Positions 11,092 to 21,660 of a DNA stretch of 64,000 nt are shown piece by piece. A program made the position numbers and the translations under genes. A model generated the notes under the pieces. The model was not told where the DNA came from. It saw nothing but the letters and a program-made list of their open reading frames with translations, and did no database searches. Location: contig CBDDEL010000014.1 of assembly GCA_965226885.1 (NCBI GenBank), positions 32,001-96,000 on the forward strand, written 5' to 3'. The first letter of the stretch is position 1; every line of letters starts with the position of its first letter. This DNA comes from Opitutales bacterium (GTDB lineage: Bacteria; Verrucomicrobiota; Verrucomicrobiia; Opitutales; UBA2987).

Positions 11092-12255
11092 ATGCCCTAT
11101 TTTGACAATAATGCCACCACACCGCTGAGCAAAGCGGCTGAGGAAGCCTTTTTGATTGCTTCGAGGAATCATTGGCAGAACCCCTCCAGCCCTTATCGGT
11201 CGGCGGCCAGGGCGCGCAACCTTTTCGATCAGAATCGGGAGTGGTTGGCGGCACTGCTGGGTTGCCCAGCCGAGGGTATTGTCTTCAATTCCGGCCCCAC
11301 CGAGGGCAATAATGCGATTTTCAATTATCTGGCGGCCAAACATTCGAGCGACGCCCGCGTTGTCGTATCGGCCATTGAGCACACCAGCGTTCTGGAACCG
11401 GCCCGCGCCGCTTTTCCCGGCCGGGTGGATTATCTTCCGGCCCTGCCTTCTGGAGTGGCAGACCTGTCCACGCTTCCGCAATTGTTGGAAAATCCAAAAG
11501 TGGCGCTGGTTTCCCTGATGGCGGCCAACAACGAAACCGGTGTATTGCAACCTTGGCGGGAATGCCTCGAAATTTGCCGCCGCAAGGGGACGCCTTTTCA
11601 TATAGACGCCTCCCAGTGGTTGGGGAAGATGCCTGTGGACGGGCTCGGCGACTGCGACTACCTGACTGCTTGCGCGCACAAATTCGGCGGACCCAAAGGG
11701 GTAGGCTTTATCCTCATGGGGCGGGAGGAGGCCGGTTTCAAATCCCAATTGGGCGGGACACATGAGAATGGGCGTCGCGCAGGCACGGAAAATTTACCCG
11801 GCATTCACTCCATGCTGGCGGCGCTCAAACATGTCTACAAAAACCAGCAGGAGACCATGTGCGACCAGGAAGCCCGCCGGGACGCTTTTGAGAAAACCCT
11901 TTGCCGGGAGATTCCCGGGGCACACATTATCGGAGGCCAAAGCGAGCGGTTGTGGAATACGGTTTACGCTGTGATGCCAAAGTATGCCAATACCCGATGG
12001 GTTGCCTTGCTCGATAAACGCGGTTTTACGGTATCTACCGGATCGGCCTGCGCGACGGGTAAAAAGGGGCCATCCCACGTGCTTGTGGCCATGGGAATCG
12101 AGTCGGAAGAAGCCGGGCGCATACTTCGAGTGAGCGGCCGATGGGACACCTCCGCTGCGGCCTGGAATGGTTTGAGAGCGGCTTTTATCGAGGTTTGGGA
12201 AGAACTGAACAGGTCTAAGTCCAGCCTCGAGGGAACCATGGTGATTTCGATTTAA
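11092..12255 (+). CDS. cysteine desulfurase (IscS/NifS family)
   Basis: YFDNNATTP, AHKFGGPKGVG, RAGTEN, STGSAC. Confidence 0.93.
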   Translation: MPYFDNNATTPLSKAAEEAFLIASRNHWQNPSSPYRSAARARNLFDQNREWLAALLGCPAEGIVFNSGPTEGNNAIFNYLAAKHSSDARVVVSAIEHTSVLEPARAAFPGRVDYLPALPSGVADLSTLPQLLENPKVALVSLMAANNETGVLQPWRECLEICRRKGTPFHIDASQWLGKMPVDGLGDCDYLTACAHKFGGPKGVGFILMGREEAGFKSQLGGTHENGRRAGTENLPGIHSMLAALKHVYKNQQETMCDQEARRDAFEKTLCREIPGAHIIGGQSERLWNTVYAVMPKYANTRWVALLDKRGFTVSTGSACATGKKGPSHVLVAMGIESEEAGRILRVSGRWDTSAAAWNGLRAAFIEVWEELNRSKSSLEGTMVISI

Positions 12256-12366
12256 TGCGGATAAGAGGTCTCCATCCGCAGGATTCACTGGCATCTATAA
12301 CCGGCCGGAGTTTAATCTTGACCGATAATGCGCAGGGCTGGTCTTGGCAAATTGGGCGCAACCGCG

Positions 12367-13146
12367 ATGATTGAAATGGAGCCGTGGCAATGGATTATCG
12401 GTTGGCTGGGTGCCTTGATGGTAGGCGTGGGCAAGGGCGGGATTCCGGGAATGGGCAATTTAACCATCGCTTTATACGCCCTGGCATTTCCGCCTCGGGA
12501 ATCGGTCGGCATTCTGCTTGTCGTGCTTCTGAGCGCCGACTCGGTCGCCATTACGGTTTACCGGAGGCATGTGCACTGGTTGTCCCTCGGTAAGCTCATG
12601 CCCTGGTCGCTGGCGGGCATAGCGGTGGGCTACTTTGCTCTCGATAAAATCGATAATGATGGCGTGCGCCGGCTTATCGGCATCATTTTACTTGGCATGA
12701 CCGCGGTGCATTTTTTTCGTCGTTGGCAGCTTGCCCGGGTCGGCCTGGAAAATGGTCAAGATCGCCTCCCGCACTCGCTCTGGTTCGTCGCCCCGATGGG
12801 GTTGATTGGCGGGTTCGCCACTATGACGGCCAATGGGGCTGGTCCGGTTGCGGCTCTTTACCTACTCGCCGTCGGATTGCCAAAAATGGCGTTCATCGGG
12901 ACCAGCGCCTGGTTTTTTGTCATCCTCAATCTGGTTAAAATTCCCTTGCAGGCGGATTTGGAGGTAATCACCGGAGAGACCCTTCAATTGAGCCTGGCAT
13001 TTGCTCCTGTCGCCGCCATTGGCGTCATTTTTTCCCGCCTGGCTATTAAGTATATCAACCAGAAATTCTTTGAAAACCTGGTCTGGTTTTTTATTGTCGT
13101 AGCCGGAGTCGCGCTACTTTTTAATCTTTCCGCGGCATTCAAGTAA
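12367..13146 (+). CDS. TauE/SafE (TSUP) family membrane transporter
   Basis: Multi-TM; GVGKGGIPG, GGFATMTANGAGP, FIGTSAWFF. Confidence 0.85.
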   Translation: MIEMEPWQWIIGWLGALMVGVGKGGIPGMGNLTIALYALAFPPRESVGILLVVLLSADSVAITVYRRHVHWLSLGKLMPWSLAGIAVGYFALDKIDNDGVRRLIGIILLGMTAVHFFRRWQLARVGLENGQDRLPHSLWFVAPMGLIGGFATMTANGAGPVAALYLLAVGLPKMAFIGTSAWFFVILNLVKIPLQADLEVITGETLQLSLAFAPVAAIGVIFSRLAIKYINQKFFENLVWFFIVVAGVALLFNLSAAFK

Positions 13147-13151
13147 CGGCT

Positions 13152-13745
13152 ATGGCAAAAAAATCGGTGAGAGCCCAATGGGCGGCCAAATTGAAAGGCA
13201 ATCTGCGATCATCAGGCGGGCCGGAGGACGGATCTCTTATCAGCCGAAAGCCATTTCGGGGAACCATTCTGGGCATCGACCCGAGCCTGCGCGGAACCGG
13301 GTTGGCCGTTCTCAACAACGAAGCCGAAGGCCCCGCCCGGCTCTTATTCAGCCGCACCGTCAAGCTGAAACCAGCCCTTTCCATGGCGGAATGCCTGGCG
13401 GAAATTTCAGTGGCCGTAAGCGAGGTGCTGGATCAGTTTCCGGTGGACCACGTCGCCCTTGAGCAGACCATTTACGTGCAGAATGTTCAAACCGCACAGG
13501 TGTTGGGGGCTGCGCGAGGGGCCGCCATTGCAGCGGCCGCGATGCGGAAATTGCCCGTTTTCGAGTATGCGCCGTTGCGCGTCAAGCAGGCGGTAGTCGG
13601 TTACGGACGGGCCAGCAAAATCCAGGTGGCCCGGACCGTAAAAAGTCTATTGAGACACGTCGAAACCCTCAATCACGACGAGGCCGACGCCGCCGGAGTG
13701 GCCCTTTGCCATGCCATGACCTACCGCGTGGCTGAGAAGGGATAG
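13152..13745 (+). CDS. ruvC: Holliday junction resolvase RuvC
   Basis: ILGIDPSLRGTG, VALEQ, KQAVVGYGRASK, DEADA. Confidence 0.95.
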   Translation: MAKKSVRAQWAAKLKGNLRSSGGPEDGSLISRKPFRGTILGIDPSLRGTGLAVLNNEAEGPARLLFSRTVKLKPALSMAECLAEISVAVSEVLDQFPVDHVALEQTIYVQNVQTAQVLGAARGAAIAAAAMRKLPVFEYAPLRVKQAVVGYGRASKIQVARTVKSLLRHVETLNHDEADAAGVALCHAMTYRVAEKG

Positions 13746-13757
13746 GTTCTATTAAAG

Positions 13758-15586
13758 TTATTCCGTCTCTTGCGCCTTCTCGGTGTTATTGTTGAGGATG
13801 CACTGGAGCAGAGGATTTTTTTTATCCGTGATGGCAGCAACGATCGCCTCGAACTCCCTTTGGCGGGTGAGATAACTGGCTACGTAAATGCAGTCCCCAT
13901 CCTGATCGACTATGCGGAAATAACCCAGCCCGAGTATATTTTGCCGGCTGGCTTTCCTGATTTCCCCCCATGGCATGAAGAGGGTCGCGCCGAGGGAATT
14001 GTAACTGGTGATTCCTTCCGGACTGATCTCACTTCTCAGTGTCAAAACCAGCAAGAGGGAAGTGAAAAAGGCAACCATGGTGATCAGGTTGAGGTTTCGA
14101 AACAGTTCAATCTGGACGAGTGATATGCCCACGAATATCCAGATCCGGGCTATATCCAGAATAAGGAGGGTGACGTGTACTGGATTTGTTGGACACGGGA
14201 TTCTCTTATATTCATTGTTTATTGATTAGTGTGTCAGGCGGCTTGTTTTGGTAAAGGGTTTTGTTTTCTCGTTGCCCCCCATGGGGGGCAAATATTTTCC
14301 TCGAATTGGACTGGGCTTTGGTAACTCAGAGAGGAATGTTTGCGATATCGGTTGTAGAAGATTTCCACGTATTCGAAGACAGTTGATCGCAGTTCGCGCT
14401 CGTCGGCAAAGTGGCGGCCTCGAATCGTGCTGGTCTTGAAGCGGCCGTAGAACGATTCCATGGCCGCGTTGTCGTAGCAGTTGCCTTGGGCGCTCATGCT
14501 CGGCTTCATGCCTAGTTCAGAGATCAGCCTCTGATAGTCGTCGCTGGCGTAGGGGCTGCCCCGATCGCTGTGATGAATAATCCCGGTGCGCAGTGTGCCG
14601 CGGGTCATGGCCGCGGCTTTGAGGGCCTTGCCAACCAGCTTCGCGTCGTTGTGGTTGGAAACGCTCCAGCCCAGCAGGCGTCGGCTGAACAGGTCCATCA
14701 CCGTGGCCAAGTACATCCAACCGGCCAGGGTCCGTAGGTAGGTCGTGTCCGCCACCCAGACCTCGTCGATATGGGTCGGCTGGCCATGCTTTTTAAGCAC
14801 ATTGGGGCTGTAACCATAGGGATGGTTACTGTTGGTTTTTAATGGCTTAAAGCGTTTACTCTGGGTGCTTTTGATTCCCATTTCACGCATCAGACGCAGA
14901 GCCCGGTCACGGCCGCAATCGATGCCCTCATCATCCTTCAGATGGCGGTGCATTGGCCGATGCCCATAAGCGGCCCTTGGCCTCTTTGTGTACCTTCAGG
15001 ATCGCCCCCTTGATTCCCTCGTCCTCGATCCGCCGGGCCGAGGGCGCTCGGTGCCTCCAGCAGTAATAGCCACTGCGACAAATCCCCATCGCCGAGCATA
15101 TTTCCTCGATCTTGAAGCGCCCCTCGTTGTCTTTGACAAACTGGTACTTCATTGTTCGTCCTTGGCAAAGTAGCCCACCGTTTTTTTTAGTATCTGGTTG
15201 ATCCGCTCCGAGCGGCGCAGCTCTTTGCGAAGACGATCTATCTCGGCCGCCATCTCCTTCGGACTGCTCTGTCGCTTTGAGGTGGCTTCGCCCTGCTGAT
15301 CGTCCAGATAGAGCCTCTTCCACCTATACAATTGGTTGGTGTTGACCCCAAGTTTGGTCGATACCTCGGTGGCTTGGTCGATACCTCGGTGGCGCTCAGA
15401 CCATCGAGTATCATCAGTTGAACTGCCTCATTTTTGAACTCTATACTAAAGCGTCTTCTTCCCATGCTTCGATTCTCCATTTAGGAGAATCTCGTGTCCA
15501 CTTTTTCCAGTGCACATCAGGGCGCCCAGCAGCCATAAAAAAAGGGTGGAAAATTGGCAGCGGTAGGATTGAGTGGGTGACCCCAT
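13758..15586 (-). pseudogene. hypothetical membrane protein interrupted by IS3 type B
   Basis: MGSPTQSYRCQFSTLFLWLLGA (from ATG 15586) joins in frame to LLILDIARIWIFVG... once the IS and GGG duplication are removed. Confidence 0.7.
14171..15519 (-). mobile_element. IS3-family element type B, degenerate copy
   Basis: IRs TGATGTGCACTGGAAAAAGTGGACAC / GTGTCCAACAAATCCAGTACACGTCA; 3-bp duplication GGG; 20-bp internal duplication and +1 frameshift relative to the other copies. Confidence 0.94.
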
Positions 15587-15696
15587 GCTGTTTTTTTAAT
15601 AGTTGCATCCAATTTCCAGGCAAGACTGAAAAGTTGCATCTGATTATCTACTACCAACTTTTGTAAAACCAAACGGAAATGGATTGGCGGTTAGCG

Positions 15697-16518
15697 CTAA
15701 TCACGGAATATGTCGAGAAGGCTGCCTTTGTAGTTTTTTCCTTGGCCGCCCTGATCGTTCAGGCCCCAGTGATATTTGGAATAGACTATTTTGAAATCTC
15801 CTGCTGCCAGAAACGGTTTATGCCGTTTCGGGGCGTGCCTTTGCAATATTGATTTGATGCCGCCTCCAGCTGCAAAGTCTTCACTGTACCATTTGAAAAT
15901 CCGGGAAATTTCGGCCCGTTTTTCCGAATGTGAAAACCGGTTGAGGTCAACCCTGGAAAGCCAGATGCGGTAAACCTCCTCGATCCGTGCATCCAGATTC
16001 TCAGACTCGTAAGCAAATTTCTGCAATGGCGGGCAACTGCGGGCCGCACAAACGACAACGGCGTGAACTTTCCACCCGATGAGGGGAATCAGGGCGCCTT
16101 TTTCGATATCGTCCAGGGAGACTCGCATTCCTCCCACCAGATACCGGCGCGCAGTCCAGACATCCTTCACTTGCAAAATGCTCTCGACTGGGTAATTTTC
16201 AAGCATCGCTTTGATGGTAAAGGCGTTATAGGCGTTAATGAGGGAAGCGGCCTCTTCCGCTTTCGAGATTTTCGGGTCGGGCGCGGGAGCGTATTGATCG
16301 AGGTATTCTTGCAGCCGCTCAATGTCTCCCCGGTCGGTCTTCCAGGCCCCGTAATCGACCAGACCGCGAGCATTGACATACTTTTGCAAAAGCTCCTCGA
16401 AACGGGAGTGTTCGATTTCAGAGGGAACCGAGGGGCGCAAGTAATCGGCCCCGGTGAGTATCTGACCGGCACTGGCGCAGTATCCGGCAATGAACAGAAA
16501 ATTAATGAAGAATCGCAT
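15697..16518 (-). CDS. DUF547 domain-containing exported protein
   Basis: Signal peptide; GLVDY, INAYNA, HAVVVCAARSCPPL, ISRIFKWYSEDF. Confidence 0.88.
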   Translation of the reverse strand: MRFFINFLFIAGYCASAGQILTGADYLRPSVPSEIEHSRFEELLQKYVNARGLVDYGAWKTDRGDIERLQEYLDQYAPAPDPKISKAEEAASLINAYNAFTIKAMLENYPVESILQVKDVWTARRYLVGGMRVSLDDIEKGALIPLIGWKVHAVVVCAARSCPPLQKFAYESENLDARIEEVYRIWLSRVDLNRFSHSEKRAEISRIFKWYSEDFAAGGGIKSILQRHAPKRHKPFLAAGDFKIVYSKYHWGLNDQGGQGKNYKGSLLDIFRD

Positions 16519-16524
16519 GGAGAT

Positions 16525-17307
16525 TCAGGAAACTGTTGCCGTATCCGAGTCTGGTTCCAGGTGGGCATCGTGGAGAGCTTTACGAGCAATTTTGGTGACA
16601 TATACCGTCACCGCAATGGTGGCCAGAAATGCAACCGCGTTGAGGGCGAGCTTTCCGGTGTCGGCCCCTCCCGCCGCTGCTTCGGCTGCGGTTTTGCCCA
16701 GCGATCCAATGTAAACAAACAAAATCGTGCCCGGAATCATGCCGATCCAGCTGGCCAGCACATAGGGCCAGAAGGCCACCGAAGTCAGGCCATAAAGGTA
16801 ATTGCTGAGGTTGAAGGGCAAAAGTGGGGTGAGCCTCAAGAGTAAAACGATTTTCCAGCCCTCCTTGCCGATGGCCGCATCAATGGCCGTGAATTTGCGG
16901 TTTTTCCCGAACCTGTTTTCAATCCTTTCACGGGCCAGGTAACGGGCCACCAGAAAAGCCAGGGCGGCCCCCGTGACCGAGCCGAACGATACGAGAATCG
17001 ATCCAGTGATAACGCCAAAAAGCAGACCGGCGCCGATGGTCAGAATGGAACCGGGGAAAAAGAAAACCGTGGCCACTATGTAGCTTGCCGCATAAACGCC
17101 GTAACCGGCTACCCCGAGGCTTTCGATCCAGGCGTAAAATTCCTCTACCCGTCCGGACTCAACCGGTCCGGTGGGAGTTTCCGCTCCCGTTTGGGCCAGT
17201 AATTCTATCCCGCCGGCCAGGCTCAGGATGATTGCCACGAATAGGCCGATCCAGCGGAAAAGCGTGTGGTTTTTTCTTTGATACGGCATCGCCGTTTTTT
17301 TTATCAA
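16525..17307 (-). CDS. TVP38/TMEM64 (VTT/DedA) family membrane protein
   Basis: PGSILTIGAGLLFG, LLLRLTPLLPFNLSNY, SWIGMIPGT. Confidence 0.9.
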   Translation of the reverse strand: MIKKTAMPYQRKNHTLFRWIGLFVAIILSLAGGIELLAQTGAETPTGPVESGRVEEFYAWIESLGVAGYGVYAASYIVATVFFFPGSILTIGAGLLFGVITGSILVSFGSVTGAALAFLVARYLARERIENRFGKNRKFTAIDAAIGKEGWKIVLLLRLTPLLPFNLSNYLYGLTSVAFWPYVLASWIGMIPGTILFVYIGSLGKTAAEAAAGGADTGKLALNAVAFLATIAVTVYVTKIARKALHDAHLEPDSDTATVS

Positions 17308-18788
17308 TTGACCTGCCTATGGAACAGCCAGGTGAAAATAGATTTGGTTCTGGCCGTCAGACGCGTTCGGTTGTAGCTGTCGCCCAGTTTGCGGGCCGCC
17401 TCCGCAAAGGTGGGGTAGGCGTGTATGGTGTTGCCAATTTTTCCCAGGCCGATGCCGTGCTTCATTGCGAGGACGAACTCGTGTAGGAGATCACCGGCAT
17501 GTTCTGCCACGATAGTCACGCCGAGAATTTTATCGGTGCCTTTGGCCGTCAGAACTTTGACAAAACCCTCGTCGGCGGATTCCAGGATGGCCCGGTCCAC
17601 ATCGTTCATTTGTTGTGTGTAGAGATCGTAGGGGATGTTTTCCTTTTTGGCGTCGGTCTCGTTGAGGCCCACCCTGGCGACTTCCGGGCTAGTGTAGGTG
17701 GCCCAGGGAACGACAGAGTAATCCACTTTGCTCCTGGGCAGCGGCAGGGGAACGAGGCTTTTGACAATGTTGCCCACGACGGTGCGGGCATGATGATCGG
17801 CCATGTGGGTGAATTGGTAGGGTCCCACGATATCGCCCGCCGCATAGATGTGGGGCTGAGAGGTCTGCAGGTTTTCGTTTACGATGATTCCCCTCCGGTT
17901 GAAATCGACTTGGGCCGCTTCCAGGTTCAATTTTTCCACGTTGGGGATGCGGCCCGCCGCCACCAGCAAAGTCTCCGCCTCGATGGTTTCGACTTTGGCT
18001 TGGGGGTCGTCTTTATCGCTGAATGGAACAAATTCCAGGCGAATGCGGCCATTTTCTTGAACCACTCTTCTGGGCAGGACCCCGGTTCGGATGTCAAGGC
18101 CTTCTTCTTGCAGGCGTTGGCGTATGAATTGGCTCACCTCCGCATCCTCCCGAATGAGAATTTGCGGAAAAACTTCGACCAGCTTAACTTTAACACCCAA
18201 ACGGTTGATGGCCTGACCCAATTCCACCCCGATGGGACCTCCACCGATCACTATCATGCTCTCGGGTTTTTCATTCAAGTGGTCAAAAAGATTTTCGTTG
18301 GTGAAATAGGGGACTTGTTCGATGCCCTCGATGGGCGGAATCCCGGCCCGGCTTCCCGTCGCGATGACAAATTTTTTGGCCTTCAATACCTGGCCGTTTA
18401 CCTCCACTTCATGCGGGGAGAGAAACCGCGCTTCTCCCTGAAACACATCCACGCCCAGGCTTTCGTAGCGCTCGACCGAATCGTTCGGCTCAATCAAGGC
18501 CCGGCGCGCTCTCATGCGCTCGAATACTTTGTTAAATTCGAAAACCGGTTCCTGCTTTTCCAGTCCCCAACGTTCGCTCTGGCGAATGTTCTGAATGGCG
18601 CGGGCCGATGAAATGAGGCCCTTGCTTGGCACACAGCCGTAGTTGAGGCAATCGCCCCCCATTTTATGTTTTTCGATGAGGGCGGCCCTTCCTCCCATTC
18701 CGGCTATGGCCGAAGTGGTGACCAGACCCGCGGTGCCAGCGCCGATGGCGATGACATTATAGATTCCTTTGCCTTTTTCCGGTTTCAT
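17304..18788 (-). CDS. pyridine nucleotide-disulfide oxidoreductase (mercuric reductase/lipoamide dehydrogenase-like)
   Basis: GAGTAG, GGDCLNYGCVPSK redox CxxxxC, HAYPT; lacks the C-terminal CC pair of true MerA. Confidence 0.9.
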   Translation of the reverse strand: MKPEKGKGIYNVIAIGAGTAGLVTTSAIAGMGGRAALIEKHKMGGDCLNYGCVPSKGLISSARAIQNIRQSERWGLEKQEPVFEFNKVFERMRARRALIEPNDSVERYESLGVDVFQGEARFLSPHEVEVNGQVLKAKKFVIATGSRAGIPPIEGIEQVPYFTNENLFDHLNEKPESMIVIGGGPIGVELGQAINRLGVKVKLVEVFPQILIREDAEVSQFIRQRLQEEGLDIRTGVLPRRVVQENGRIRLEFVPFSDKDDPQAKVETIEAETLLVAAGRIPNVEKLNLEAAQVDFNRRGIIVNENLQTSQPHIYAAGDIVGPYQFTHMADHHARTVVGNIVKSLVPLPLPRSKVDYSVVPWATYTSPEVARVGLNETDAKKENIPYDLYTQQMNDVDRAILESADEGFVKVLTAKGTDKILGVTIVAEHAGDLLHEFVLAMKHGIGLGKIGNTIHAYPTFAEAARKLGDSYNRTRLTARTKSIFTWLFHRQVN

Positions 18789-18889
18789 GTTGGGTCTAGA
18801 TGGTAAAATAAATTCGAAATTTTATTATTGGTCGGACGCCTGACTGTTTCCTTACATAGGTGCTGGATGCTGGATTCCGTTGGTCAGGA

Positions 18890-19537
18890 TTATTTCAGGT
18901 ATTTCCAGGTTAACAGGATGTCCTGAAATGTTTTGCGGATGGGGTTTCGGCCGAAGCGGCGGCCCGAAGTCAGGATGGGGGGGTTGAGGATGGCTGTTTT
19001 GCCTCTTTGGGCCAGGCGGCGGGAAAATGACATATCTTCCAAGAGGTCGATTTCCGGAAACCCTCCCATTTCCTCGAAGATGGATTTTCGGACGAATATT
19101 CCCTGGTCGCCAAAGCTCCAACCGAACCAACGCAGTCTTAAATCGGCCAGCAGGCAGGTGAACTTCAGGAATAACGAAGTATGATCAAAACGCCGGCAAA
19201 AGGCGCCGCCTACCGTTTCGGGCTTTGCCATGCAGGCATTGATTTTTTCCAGGGCGTTGGCCGGAAGACGAGTGTCCGCGTGAAGAAAGAAGAGGATTTC
19301 CCCCCGGGCGGCGTGTGCGCCCATATTCATTTGCGCCGCCCGCTGGCGCAGGGGAGAGATTAGGAGGCGGGCCCCGGCTTCTTTGGCCAGGTTTTGTGTC
19401 TGGTCGGAACTGCCGCCATCAACCACCAGGATTTCGACAGTCACGTTTTCGTCCGACAGGCTGCCTAAAGCATGAGGGAGCGAGGCCGCCTCGTTAAGCG
19501 TCGGCATGATGATGCTAATGGAGAAATTTTCCGGCAT
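18890..19537 (-). CDS. GT2 glycosyltransferase, TIGR04283-like
   Basis: IIMPTLNE, VDGGSSD, RAAQMNMGA, FLHADT, FGDQGIF, TSGRRF. Confidence 0.85.
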   Translation of the reverse strand: MPENFSISIIMPTLNEAASLPHALGSLSDENVTVEILVVDGGSSDQTQNLAKEAGARLLISPLRQRAAQMNMGAHAARGEILFFLHADTRLPANALEKINACMAKPETVGGAFCRRFDHTSLFLKFTCLLADLRLRWFGWSFGDQGIFVRKSIFEEMGGFPEIDLLEDMSFSRRLAQRGKTAILNPPILTSGRRFGRNPIRKTFQDILLTWKYLK

Positions 19538-19628
19538 TCCATTTCAAATTCCGCGCGGATGAGCGTCCGGCGGCGGCGCTTTGCGGCAAACCTCTCGGAG
19601 GGCGAGTCGGTGGCCGGTGTTCGGCGTT

Positions 19629-20252
19629 TTATTGCCGAACCGCTTCCACTGTAATTTCAATAGAGACATCATCACCAATCATCGAGAGGACACCGTAATC
19701 AATTCCGAATTCGGTGCGTTTGAGGGAGGCGGTGGCCGTCCAGCCGCTGATGTATTTTTTTCTGTCGCCTTGACCAACTTCACCAGCGCCCAGGAGGGTC
19801 ACATCCAAGACAATGGATTTGGTGGTTTTGAGGATGGTCAGGTCGCCCGTTACTTTGAATTTGTTTTCGCCGACAGACTCCCAGTTGGTGCTTTCAAACG
19901 TCATGGTGGGATGGGTAAGGGCGTGAAAAAATTCATCCGAGCGCAGATGCCTGTCTCTTTTTTCGCTGTTAGTATCGACGCTGCCGATATGGATGACCGC
20001 CTTGGCGCTGTTGTTGACCGGATTTTCGGGATCGTAGAGGATCGTCCCTTCAAATTCCGAGAAGTTCCCCGGAACGGGGCTGAAGAAGTGCCGTACGCTG
20101 AATGAAACGCTGGAATGAGCCGGATCGATTTTGTAGGTATCGACAGCGGCCTGAGCGGTCCCGCAAAGAAGGGCAATGGCGGTATAGTAAAGAGGCAGGG
20201 AATTTTTCCAGAGAGGCAATTTCATGGCAGGGGTATTGTTTTTGCGATTCAA
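19629..20252 (-). CDS. YceI-family periplasmic lipid/polyisoprenoid-binding protein
   Basis: YKIDPAHSSVSF, RDRHLRSDEFF, RTEFGI. Confidence 0.92.
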   Translation of the reverse strand: MNRKNNTPAMKLPLWKNSLPLYYTAIALLCGTAQAAVDTYKIDPAHSSVSFSVRHFFSPVPGNFSEFEGTILYDPENPVNNSAKAVIHIGSVDTNSEKRDRHLRSDEFFHALTHPTMTFESTNWESVGENKFKVTGDLTILKTTKSIVLDVTLLGAGEVGQGDRKKYISGWTATASLKRTEFGIDYGVLSMIGDDVSIEITVEAVRQ

Positions 20253-20284
20253 AATAGACTCTTTAAAATAACGCCGATGTCAAA

Positions 20285-21076
20285 CTAAAGCAGCGGGCTC
20301 AAGTCTTCCGGCTTGCCTTCAACCGTCAAAACGTAGATCATGCTACCGTCCATCCAGAGAGCCGTGGCGTATTTGCCGAATTGTTTGAAGGACGGCTCTT
20401 TTTGATCTCTTTGGGTGGCGATTCCCTCCCGGTTGAGCACGTATAAATTGTAAAATTTGTTCCCTTTGAGACAGAGAATGCCCACCGGATTGTTTTCCCA
20501 TTTAAAGGTCAAACATCCCAATCCGGACAACTGATCCATGTTATCCGGCAGCCTCTGGGGGTGGGGGTGCCGATGCGGGTTGGGCGCTCCCTCTTTGATC
20601 AGGAATGCGCTCAAGTCATTTATCTCGTGGCTTCCGAAATCCAGAGGCCGAATGGTGGGCGAATGCACGGCCGCGGCCCGCGCAAAATTGTCCATTAGGG
20701 CAAGCTCCCCAACTGGGGGCGCTGTCGATTTTTTTTGGGTGAAAACCGCAGCCACGGTCAGGAGAGCTATCAAGCAAGCGGCGGCAGCCCATGTCCCAGG
20801 CTGTCTCCACCAGATAATTTTGGCTTTTTTGGTTTGGTTTTCCACAGCGGCTGTGGCCTCGCTTAAAATCCTTTCCATCAATCCGGACGGAGGCTGGATA
20901 TCCTTCAATTTGGCCGCAAATGCGCGATCAAAGGCTTGTTCTTTTTTCAGCAAAGCCTGCAATTGGGGATCTTCCGAGGCCATGCGCAGGGCCTCCCTGA
21001 CGTCCGGGTCATCCATTTCGGATAGATCGGCCCGATAGGCCCGTAGGATTTGTTTGGCTTCGTTTTTATCCATCAA
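20285..21076 (-). CDS. putative membrane-anchored anti-sigma factor (DUF3379-like)
   Basis: Directly downstream of an ECF sigma; cytoplasmic N-terminus, single TM (WAAAACLIALL), extracytoplasmic C-terminus. Confidence 0.7.
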   Translation of the reverse strand: MMDKNEAKQILRAYRADLSEMDDPDVREALRMASEDPQLQALLKKEQAFDRAFAAKLKDIQPPSGLMERILSEATAAVENQTKKAKIIWWRQPGTWAAAACLIALLTVAAVFTQKKSTAPPVGELALMDNFARAAAVHSPTIRPLDFGSHEINDLSAFLIKEGAPNPHRHPHPQRLPDNMDQLSGLGCLTFKWENNPVGILCLKGNKFYNLYVLNREGIATQRDQKEPSFKQFGKYATALWMDGSMIYVLTVEGKPEDLSPLL

Positions 21077-21080
21077 TTTT

Positions 21081-21599
21081 TTAACCCCTTTCTTTGCGGA
21101 GCAAATTTTCTTTCAATTGCGCCTTGCCCCTTGAGAGTCGGGACATGACGGTGCCGATGGGCAATTCCAAAGCTGCCGCTATCTCTTTGTAGGAAAGGTC
21201 TTCGAGGTAAAACAAGGTTATCGGCGCGCGGTAAATTTCATCAACTTCGGCCAGCGCTTCGACGGCCCCGGCGGCATCAAGCGAAGACACATAATCCGGC
21301 GTCACGACGGGCATCTCGGCTTCAAGCAGTTCCGGTTCGTAAGAACTCATGTTTCTGCCCCGGCGGCGCACCATCAGAAATTCACGGTAGAGCGAGGTAA
21401 AAAGCCACGACTTTACCTTGGAGGCATCCCGCAGGGAAGACCCTTTTGTGGCCCAGATATAGAACGTCTGCTGAGTGAGATCGCAGGCGTCGTCCTCATT
21501 TTTGGCCAGGCTGTAGGCAAAACGGAATAGTGGTGTATAATAATTTTTCACCAGATCATTAAAATCCAAATGTTGATTTACTTGTTTAGGAGCATCCAT
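21081..21599 (-). CDS. ECF RNA polymerase sigma factor
   Basis: DLTQQTF region 2; SYKEIAAALELPIGTVMSRLSRG region 4. Confidence 0.93.
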   Translation of the reverse strand: MDAPKQVNQHLDFNDLVKNYYTPLFRFAYSLAKNEDDACDLTQQTFYIWATKGSSLRDASKVKSWLFTSLYREFLMVRRRGRNMSSYEPELLEAEMPVVTPDYVSSLDAAGAVEALAEVDEIYRAPITLFYLEDLSYKEIAAALELPIGTVMSRLSRGKAQLKENLLRKERG

Positions 21600-21660
21600 T
21601 TTTAGACTTTATTCCCGGTCAATGTTGCCTGGATTAACAAAGTGAATTTCAACTTCCGAT

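Noticed and set aside
17499..18611. Long antisense ORFs (also 23578-24687, 33859-34725, 51553-52539)
   Set aside because: Shadows of well-supported genes on the opposite strand in GC-rich DNA.
17304..18788. merA mercury resistance gene
   Set aside because: No C-terminal Cys pair, no N-terminal metal-binding domain and no mer operon genes.
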